A DNA stretch of 64,000 nt, from assembly GCA_964627205.1 (NCBI GenBank), contig CAZVHI010000003.1:4830-68829 (forward strand), written 5' to 3'. Both the position numbers and the translations under genes were made by a program. The notes under the pieces were generated by a model, which saw only the letters and a program-made list of their open reading frames with translations, ran no database searches and was not told where the DNA came from. This DNA comes from an uncultured bacterium. GTDB taxonomy: Bacteria > Krumholzibacteriota > Krumholzibacteriia > JACNKJ01. How positions within the stretch are numbered: position 1 is the stretch's first letter; the number at the start of each line of letters is the position of its first letter. Shown one piece after another: positions 57,224-64,000 of the stretch.

Positions 57224-58714
57224 TCAGCGCAGGCGACCCTCCACGGCGACGCGTGCTGCGAATCCCCCGAAGACGAAGCGTTCCGGCGCCGGCCCCTCGC
57301 CGTCGTCGCCGCCCGCGCCGTCTTTGCCCGCGCTTCTCAGCGGCGCGTGCTGCGTCACCGCGGCGCGCAGGCGCCAGCCGCCCGGGAGTGGCGCGGCGAG
57401 ATCCAGATCGAGACGCAGGGCGCTGCGGGCCGGCAATGGCAGCTCCTCGTGATGTGCTTCCCAGTCGAAGATGAAGGGAGGCAGGATGGGAATCCGCTCC
57501 CGCCAGTCCACCGACCCGCCGCCGTCCAGCCAGAGGTGGCGCAGGGCGAAGCCCGCGCGCCAGCTCCCCGTACGGGCGAGCAGATCCCTGCCGTAGCCCG
57601 CCGACCAGATCCGCAGACGGTAGTGCAGGCCGTCCAGCGAGTAGCGGCTGTTGACGAAGATGTCCCAGAGCGAAAAGGGCCAGGGCTCGAACCAGCCGTC
57701 CTCCGCGCCGAGGCGGGTCTCCCGGTGCCCCAGCAGCGCGCGCCCGCCGCCGGCGAAGGGCGGCAGCGCGAGGGACAGGTCGAGGCGCTGCTCACGGAAG
57801 TCGAGGCGGGGCAGGCGCAGGTAGGCCGATCCGTCGGCGAACATGCCCAGGGCGAGGTAGCCGAAGTCGACACGCAGGTCGACGCGCAGCGGCACCGCCC
57901 CCGTTGCCCGCGCGTCGGTTCCTTCGCCGGCCTCGCGGGTGGGCGGCCAGCTCGCCGCGAAACCGTGGCGCAGGCCGTAGAGCTGGTTCCAGTCGTCCTC
58001 CTCGCCGGACTTGCCGGGCTCGCCGGCCGTCACCTCGCGGAGGAGGGCGCAGGCGGGTAGACACCGTGACACGGGGTCGAAGGAGCCGTGCAGGATCTCC
58101 CGGCGGAAGGGAAAGGGGAAGCGGTAACGCTTTCCGGAGAAGCTCTGATCGAGGGTCCAGCGCGAGCGCTCGAGGCCTGCGCCCACGCGGGCGAGGCCGA
58201 AGCCGAAGCGGCGGGACAGGGCCAGCGCTCCCTCCCAGCCGCGGGCGCGCCCGAGGGCCAGCGCGAGCGTCCACGGACCCTGGCGGCCGGCCGCGCCGAG
58301 GCGGAAGAAGTCCGCCTCCAGGTCGGCGAGCAGGGCGTCCGAATCGGAGTAGAGGTCCCGCTGGCGGAGCTCGCTGCGGGGCCGTCCCGTTTCGACCCGC
58401 AGCTCCAGGCCCCGCCAGGGGCCATGGGCCGAGGCCGTCAGGGAGTGGCGGCGGTAGTCCTGGCTGCGATCGGGTCCGCGGTCGCGCAGGAGGAGCTCGT
58501 GCTCGCCCGCGAGGCGGAAGCGCCAGACACCGTCAAGGCCTGGCTGCGGACAGGCCAGCTCGGAGGCGGCAGGCATGGCCGCCCGGCCCAGCAGCCAGGC
58601 CTCCCAGGGCAGAAAGGACCGAAGGGGCTCTCCCCGCGCGGGAGAAGCCCCTCCGGTGACGATCGCGATCAGCAGCGGGAGCGCGCGCCGCGTCGACAGG
58701 ATCCGTGCCCGCAT
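57224..58714 (-). CDS. Hypothetical secreted Arg/Trp-rich protein
   Basis: Signal peptide MRARILSTRRALPLLIAIVTGGASPARG. 496 aa. Starts 8 nt after the upstream lipoprotein gene. No recognisable domain. Confidence 0.45.
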   Translation of the reverse strand: MRARILSTRRALPLLIAIVTGGASPARGEPLRSFLPWEAWLLGRAAMPAASELACPQPGLDGVWRFRLAGEHELLLRDRGPDRSQDYRRHSLTASAHGPWRGLELRVETGRPRSELRQRDLYSDSDALLADLEADFFRLGAAGRQGPWTLALALGRARGWEGALALSRRFGFGLARVGAGLERSRWTLDQSFSGKRYRFPFPFRREILHGSFDPVSRCLPACALLREVTAGEPGKSGEEDDWNQLYGLRHGFAASWPPTREAGEGTDARATGAVPLRVDLRVDFGYLALGMFADGSAYLRLPRLDFREQRLDLSLALPPFAGGGRALLGHRETRLGAEDGWFEPWPFSLWDIFVNSRYSLDGLHYRLRIWSAGYGRDLLARTGSWRAGFALRHLWLDGGGSVDWRERIPILPPFIFDWEAHHEELPLPARSALRLDLDLAAPLPGGWRLRAAVTQHAPLRSAGKDGAGGDDGEGPAPERFVFGGFAARVAVEGRLR

Positions 58715-58721
58715 GGCGCTC

Positions 58722-60317
58722 CTAATACCCGAAGATGGCCTCCCAGTCCGCCCGCGTCATGCCGGGGAACAGCCCGCCCATCTCGTAGTCCTGGAAGTGG
58801 GGCATCACGAACTCGGGATCGATGGGAACGCCCTGCGGATCGGTGAGCTCGGCCGGCTCGACCGTCTGGTTCCATTCGAAGACCTCCACCCAGCCGATGT
58901 TCTCGAAGACCGCGTTGTAATCCGAGTCCTCCCAGTCGTAGTAGTAATAGGGCCAGGCGGGGTCGTTCGGGAAGGCCCCGTAACCGATCAGTTCCTCGTG
59001 GTGCCACTGCTCGTGGGGGAGCCACTGGTAGTAGGGCAGTTTCGTCTTCCAGTCCTGAATGGGGTCGTTGAAGAGCACGGACAGGTCCACCGTGAGCGTG
59101 ACCTGCTGCCCGTCGATCATCTCGTCGATGAAGTAGGGACCGCTGATCACCTCCTCGATCCAGGCGATCAGATCGTGGATGGTCTCCATCTCCTCGATGA
59201 AGCTCGGGCAGTCCTCGCAGTCGTCGATGTCGGCGTTCAGCTCGTCGATGTCGCCGATCTTGATGATGTCGTCGTCCTGGGGATCTCCCTCGGCCTCGAT
59301 GAAGTCGACGGCGTCTTCCATCTTGCCGAGCATGACCGCCAGGTCCACGGAGGCCAGGCCGAGCTGGGTCTCGCCGGAGTAGGGATCCGTGCGCAGGGTC
59401 AGGAACTCGCTGCCCGGCACGCTCTGGTACTGCAGCATCTCGAAGACGAGCATCTCGGTGGTGTTGTTCCAGACCCGGTAGACGCGCAGCGTGTCGCCCG
59501 ATGCATCGCCCGGCGCGATCTGGAAGCTGACGCCGTAGTCGTCCTCGAGCAGCTCGAGCCAGTCGTAAGTGCCGTCGGGGCCCTCGATGTCCAGGTTGTA
59601 GGCCGTCATGATCCGCAGCCCCGCGCGGAGCGCGCGCAGCATGCCGTCGAAGAAATAGAGCTCGCCGCGGTCGATTTCCATCTCGTGCTCCACTCCGCCT
59701 CCGTCGACGATCGTGACGACCGCGCCGAAGTCCGCGTCCGCCTCGGCGCTCTCCACGTGACCGATCGCCGAGGCAAGGGGAGGCAGGATGGACTCGATGA
59801 TCAGCTCCTGGAGGTAGGGAACGGTCAGGTTCGCGGGGAACTCCCTCGTCTGCTGGGCCAGCATGTACGGCGCTTCTGCGAGGATCAGGAGCTGCCGGCC
59901 GATCAGGCGGTTCCGGAAGGGGTTGATCCGGCCCTCGCCGCCGCCGCCCATGGCGTAGAGCTGGTCGACGATCTCCCAGAGGTCCTCGTCGTAGTTCAGC
60001 TCGCAGAAGTCCACGAGACCCAGGCCGAGATGGGAGAGCCCGTGACCGGTGTGCGCCGCCAGGACATCGTCGAAGCCGTCGCGGATCTCGTCGAATCGGA
60101 CCTGCTTGACATAGTCGAAGTCAGGCTCGCCCTCGCCGGGATCGAGAGCGTCCCCGATGTTGTGCAAGGTGTCGGCGAGAGCCTGGAACCAGTAGACGGC
60201 GGCGGAGTCGGCGTCCGTCACGCCGTTACCATTGTCGCCCTCGTCCAGGGCGTTCTCGCTGCAGCCCAGGAAAGCGGCGAGCAGCGCTGCAAGCGTGAAC
60301 ATGAGTAGCTTCTTCAT
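58722..60317 (-). CDS. Hypothetical acidic lipoprotein
   Basis: Lipobox LLAAFLGCSEN. 531 aa, Asp/Glu-rich. No recognisable domain. Confidence 0.5.
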   Translation of the reverse strand: MKKLLMFTLAALLAAFLGCSENALDEGDNGNGVTDADSAAVYWFQALADTLHNIGDALDPGEGEPDFDYVKQVRFDEIRDGFDDVLAAHTGHGLSHLGLGLVDFCELNYDEDLWEIVDQLYAMGGGGEGRINPFRNRLIGRQLLILAEAPYMLAQQTREFPANLTVPYLQELIIESILPPLASAIGHVESAEADADFGAVVTIVDGGGVEHEMEIDRGELYFFDGMLRALRAGLRIMTAYNLDIEGPDGTYDWLELLEDDYGVSFQIAPGDASGDTLRVYRVWNNTTEMLVFEMLQYQSVPGSEFLTLRTDPYSGETQLGLASVDLAVMLGKMEDAVDFIEAEGDPQDDDIIKIGDIDELNADIDDCEDCPSFIEEMETIHDLIAWIEEVISGPYFIDEMIDGQQVTLTVDLSVLFNDPIQDWKTKLPYYQWLPHEQWHHEELIGYGAFPNDPAWPYYYYDWEDSDYNAVFENIGWVEVFEWNQTVEPAELTDPQGVPIDPEFVMPHFQDYEMGGLFPGMTRADWEAIFGY

Positions 60318-60367
60318 CCCTCTCCCTCCTTGATTGCTCGTTCGGCTCTGCCGACGAATCGCCTCCG

Positions 60368-61651
60368 TCAGCTGCTCGTCTTCATCCTTGCGATCAGAGC
60401 GTCCACCATCTCCTCGAAGGCCTGCTCGTCACCCGGCCGATAGCCGACCGTCTTGAACATGATCCGGCCCTGGTGGTCGACGAAGATGTTCATGGGGACG
60501 CCTTGCACGCCGAAGCGCTCGCCGGCGACGTCCTGGTCGTCCATCAGATGGGGCCAGACGTCGGCGCCGATGCTCTCCACGTACTCCCGCGACATCTCCG
60601 CGCGGTTCGTGGTTTCGATGCCGATGAGCGCGAAGTCCTGATCGCTGTACTTCTTCACCATCTCTACGAGATGGGGCATCTCGTGCTTGCAGTAGCTTCA
60701 GGTCGGGTGCCAGAAGTTGATCATCAGCACCTTGCCCCGGTAGTCCGAGAGACGGTGCGAGACGCCATCGAGGTCGGCCAGCGTGAAGTCGGGCGCGTCG
60801 GTCGCCCGCGTAAGCCGTCTTTCCCAGAGGCCGGCGCGATAGGCCTCCACGTCGCGGCCGGTCTTCGCGACCATGGTCTCGGCCTTGGTCTGCAGCCGGC
60901 TGTCGACGCGGAACTCGAGCTGCAGGCTGTAGAGGGCCAGGAGCTTGGGCTCCTCGCCCATCGCGAGGTAGACCTCCTCCAGGTGATGCGCCAGGTCGCC
61001 GTCCGGCTCGGCGAGTTCCTCCATGGCCGTCTCCAGGTGCAGCGAGGCCAGGTCGTAGCGGCCCAGCTTGAAGTTGCCCCAGCCCGCGGTGTCGAGGGCC
61101 ATGGCCTTGTAGATGCCCGGCTCGGCCGTCTTCGCGGCCCGCTCGGCCATCTGCGCGCCCAGCTCGGGATCCCAGCCACTCTCCTCGACGAGGTTCCAGG
61201 CGACGGCATTCAGTGCGTTCGATGCCTCCAGCCCAGAATCCCAGAACTCCTTCGCGAGCACCAGGGCGGCCTCCCTGTCCTCCTTCCCCGCGGCCTGGTC
61301 GAAGAGGACCTTGTAGAGCTCGCCCTTACCGTTTGCGCTCGGCTCGGTCGCGAGGGTCGCGCGCGCCCACGCGGCCGCCGCGTCCCCGTCCGCCTCGCTC
61401 TTCAGCTTCCAGAGCCCCGACAGGGCCGACCGGCGGTACTCGGACTCGGGGAAGTCGGCGAGGAAGGCCGAAAAGGCGGCCTCGCGCTCGGCCGCGTCCT
61501 CGAGGCCGTAGGCCGCGCTGATGGCCTCCATGTCGGCCGGGGTGGTCTCGGTCGTGGCCTGCTCCGCCTGGCCCGCCTCCTCGCCACCACCGCAACCCAG
61601 GATCGAGACGAGGAGAAGAAGCAGTGCGCTGATCGTGATTCCCGCTCTCAT
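60368..61651 (-). CDS. Lipoprotein with helical/TPR-like region and C-terminal TlpA/ResA-type thioredoxin domain; candidate selenoprotein with in-frame TGA (60698-60700) giving a UxxC active site
   Basis: Lipobox LLVSILGC. ORF-track ORFs 60698-61651 and 60368-60679 are in one frame separated only by TGA. Read through, the active site is VLMINFW-HPT-U-SY-C-KHEMPHLVEMVKKY, which aligns to the TlpA motif FWASWCGPCRxEMP with TGA at the first Cys. An 8-bp hairpin lies 13 nt downstream of the TGA. Confidence 0.6.
60666..60684 (-). other. Stem-loop immediately 3' of the in-frame UGA, a candidate bacterial SECIS-like element
   Basis: On the mRNA: acgagaug-ccc-caucucgu, an 8-bp perfect stem starting 13 nt after UGA. 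The apical loop lacks the canonical G/U, so it needs model-based verification. Confidence 0.3.
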
Positions 61652-61664
61652 CGTGCGCTCCTTT

Positions 61665-62435
61665 CTAGTCGCCGCTGATGATGTCCTTGAGAATGTTGCC
61701 GCCCAGGCCGGCGATTCCCTTCCGCTCGCCCTGGGTGCCGCCGTGCTTGAGGCCGCTGGCGTGGATCACACGGTCGGCCAGGCGGCTGAAGGGCAGGGTC
61801 TGCAGGTAGACGGTGCCCGGCCCGCGCAACTGCGCGAAGAAGAACCCCTCGCCGCCGAAGAGGACGTTCCGGAAGCCGCCGATGAACTGGATGTCGTAGT
61901 CCACGCTCTCGTGGAAGGCCACCAGGCAGCCCGTGTCCACGCGGAGCGTCTCGTCGGGCTTCAGCTTGCGCTCGATCACGGTGCCGCCCGCGTGCACGAA
62001 GGCCAGGCCATCACCGCTGAGGCGCTGGAGGATGAAGCCCTCGCCGCCGAAGAGGCCCGCGCCGAGCTTCTTGGTGAACGCGATGGAGATGTCGATGCCG
62101 TAAGCGCTGCAGAGGTAGGCGTCCTTCTGGCAGAGGTAGTTGCCCCGGTCGGCGAGGTCCAGGGGGATGATCTTGCCGGGATAGGGCGCGGCGAAAGCCG
62201 CGGCGGCGCGGCGGCGGGCCTTGTTCTCGAAGGTGGTGATGAAGAAGCTCTCGCCCACGATGGCCCTCTTCAGGCCCTTGAGGAGTCCGCCCTGGGTGGA
62301 CGTATCCATCGTGATGCCGTCCTCGAGGTAGAGCATCGCGCCCGCCTCGGCGTGGACGGCCTCCTCGGGGTCCAGCGTGATCACCACGGCCTGCATGTCG
62401 TCGCCGCGGATCTCGTAGTCTACTTCGTGGACCAT
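61665..62435 (-). CDS. AIM24/TIGR00266-family protein (DUF124)
   Basis: Start at MVHEVDYEIRGDDMQAVVITL. Repeated GGEGF segments and overall pattern like the AIM24 family. About 256 aa. Confidence 0.6.
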   Translation of the reverse strand: MVHEVDYEIRGDDMQAVVITLDPEEAVHAEAGAMLYLEDGITMDTSTQGGLLKGLKRAIVGESFFITTFENKARRRAAAAFAAPYPGKIIPLDLADRGNYLCQKDAYLCSAYGIDISIAFTKKLGAGLFGGEGFILQRLSGDGLAFVHAGGTVIERKLKPDETLRVDTGCLVAFHESVDYDIQFIGGFRNVLFGGEGFFFAQLRGPGTVYLQTLPFSRLADRVIHASGLKHGGTQGERKGIAGLGGNILKDIISGD

Positions 62436-62526
62436 GACTGCTCCTTTTAGGGACCGGACTGGACGGCCTGCCGCTCGGGCGATGATAAGGCGTCTCTGCT
62501 TGCCAGCGCAATGCCTGCCGTCAGAG

Positions 62527-63804
62527 TCAGGCCCGCTGGCGCCCGACACGCCGGCTTCCCCAGCGGATCAGCTCGTACAGGCAGGCCCCCGCGAGGACGC
62601 AGAAGACGAGCTCGGACACAAAGCGATACCGGGCCTTGCCCCAGAACACGATCGCGTAGCAGACCCAGTTCATGATGACGAAGCCCGCGAGCCCGAGCCA
62701 GGGAACCCGCTCCCAGCGCCGAAGGAAGAGCAGGGAGAGGGCGACGAGGGGAAGCAGCCCCACGTAAAAGGGGGAGATCGTCCCGCGAAGCCGGGACTCC
62801 CCTCCCACGTCTCGACCGGGGAAGCGGCCGCTGGCAGGATCCTTCGGCGCCCGCGTGGCCCAGAAGATCGAATAGTGACCACCCGTGAAAAACAGCGCCC
62901 GCGTCCCCGTCAGGATGCCGGATGTCAGATCTCTCGCGCCGCTAGCCTTGATATGCTCCCAGCCCAGTGCATTCCCCGTCCGGTGCCTTTCCAGCTCGCC
63001 CAGTCCGGCCAGATCGCTTTCTGCAATCGGGTGCCAGCCGTAGCGATGCGCGTTATGGGCGTAGTAGAAGTTCACGCCCGAGCTGGTCGACAACCCGGCA
63101 CCAGGGCCGATGACCTGCTGGTTGCGCAGCGCCCAGGGAAGGACGAGCGCGGCCACGACGACGGTCAGGGCCAGCGGCGCGAGAAGCCGGTCCCTGGAAC
63201 GTCGAGCCGCCAGACTCGAGAGGATGAGGAGAGCGGCCCCGTAGAACAGACCATCGCCGCGAGTCAGGATCGCCAGGCCGAGGCAGGCTCCGCTCAGCAG
63301 GGCGCGGCTCACCGGCGAGCCGCGCCGACCCTGGAGCGTCAGCAAGCTGAGCAGCAGTAGAGGAACGAACAGATTCTCGGACACCAGGAGCGGCGAGAAG
63401 AAGACGAAGGTCGGGTTCAGGGCGCAGAGCGATGCGGCGATCAGGGCGGCTCGCTTCCCATCCGGTACGAGATTGATCGCGAGCAGGTAGACGAGGGGTA
63501 CGAAGGAGGTGGCGAGGAGAACGTTCACCAGGCCGAGCCAGAGATGGGAGTGGTGGACGAGGAGCAAGGCCGCCAGCAGGGCAGGGTAGGCGGGGAGTCG
63601 ATACGCCGTGGGCGTCGGGTCAGAGAAGCTACCGTCGGTCAGCAGGGACTCGGCCAGGCGGAGGTACTGGGCGCAATCGGCTACGGGCACGGGGTGGGAG
63701 TGCAGGAGCCACGCGATCCTGAGAACCAGGGCCACGACAATGATCGCGAGCAGAGGCAGCGCCCGGAGGAGAGTGCGACGCCACCTGCTGCTCGTGCTCA
63801 TCAA
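62527..63804 (-). CDS. Polytopic membrane glycosyltransferase-like protein (GT39/GT83 PMT/ArnT-like fold)
   Basis: 425 aa with about 10 TM helices. N-terminal region LRIAWLLHSHPVPVADCAQYLRLAESL resembles ArnT/PMT-type glycosyltransferases. Assignment tentative. Confidence 0.5.
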   Translation of the reverse strand: MMSTSSRWRRTLLRALPLLAIIVVALVLRIAWLLHSHPVPVADCAQYLRLAESLLTDGSFSDPTPTAYRLPAYPALLAALLLVHHSHLWLGLVNVLLATSFVPLVYLLAINLVPDGKRAALIAASLCALNPTFVFFSPLLVSENLFVPLLLLSLLTLQGRRGSPVSRALLSGACLGLAILTRGDGLFYGAALLILSSLAARRSRDRLLAPLALTVVVAALVLPWALRNQQVIGPGAGLSTSSGVNFYYAHNAHRYGWHPIAESDLAGLGELERHRTGNALGWEHIKASGARDLTSGILTGTRALFFTGGHYSIFWATRAPKDPASGRFPGRDVGGESRLRGTISPFYVGLLPLVALSLLFLRRWERVPWLGLAGFVIMNWVCYAIVFWGKARYRFVSELVFCVLAGACLYELIRWGSRRVGRQRA

Positions 63805-64000
63805 TATGCGATCACCGGTAGCTTGCCTTGATCGCGCTCCAGCTGCATTCCTCTACCGGGATCGTGAAGAGTGCAAAGGCTAGACCCTAAACCGAGGTGA
63901 AACCTGTGGGGCCAATCGTCGTGACCACCCCTGTCGAGGGATCGATCCGAACGAGATCGGAGGGTCCCCCGGTCCCGTCCGGAATGGTCACTCCGAAGAG

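Noticed and set aside
1-64000. CRISPR arrays, rRNA, tRNA, IS elements
   Set aside because: No short direct-repeat/spacer arrays, no rRNA-like conserved stretches, and no transposase- or integrase-like ORFs were seen. tRNAs cannot be fully excluded by eye, but the intergenic regions are short and none showed an obvious cloverleaf.

Overview
This is a high-GC (about 70%), densely coding bacterial chromosomal window. Long co-directional gene runs and ATGA/GTGA/TGATG start-stop overlaps are frequent. No rRNA, tRNA or CRISPR array was recognised by eye. Recognisable core genes: hisC; a minus-strand run aroF-trpE-trpG-trpD-trpC/F-trpB-(methyltransferase)-trpA followed by Wzz and O-antigen-ligase-like genes; OPT transporter; ChrA; BtpA; cca; yhhQ-like; pgi; ABC-F ATPase; M42 peptidase; FAH hydrolase; tricorn-like S41 protease; FHA-GAF-PP2C phosphatase. 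The most unusual region is 34.1-43.1 kb. It holds a TetR regulator, an 11-heme lipoprotein cytochrome c interrupted by one in-frame TGA, a four-rhodanese lipoprotein, a CbcL-like multiheme-c/cytochrome-b fusion, tetraheme and octaheme cytochromes c, and a predicted outer-membrane beta-barrel. This looks like a porin-cytochrome-type extracellular electron-transfer module with an associated sulfur- or selenium-transferase. A second in-frame TGA (60698-60700) falls exactly where the first Cys of the CxxC motif of a TlpA-like thioredoxin lipoprotein should be (UxxC), with an 8-bp hairpin 13 nt downstream. Together the two TGAs suggest this organism uses selenocysteine, although no sel genes lie in the window. 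Other notable items: a five-gene membrane-protein operon coupled to hisC that contains a recent tandem gene duplication; several secreted proteins (including an M10 metzincin) ending in an NPFNPxT-type C-terminal sorting domain typical of FCB-group lineages; a 2078-aa PKD-repeat lipoprotein; and a DUF222-HNH endonuclease in a low-GC pocket carrying a repeated 11-mer. The lineage guess (an FCB-superphylum candidate such as Gemmatimonadota or Eisenbacteria) is inference only. Gene starts were chosen from signal peptides, RBS-like sequences and overlaps, and several are uncertain by a few codons.
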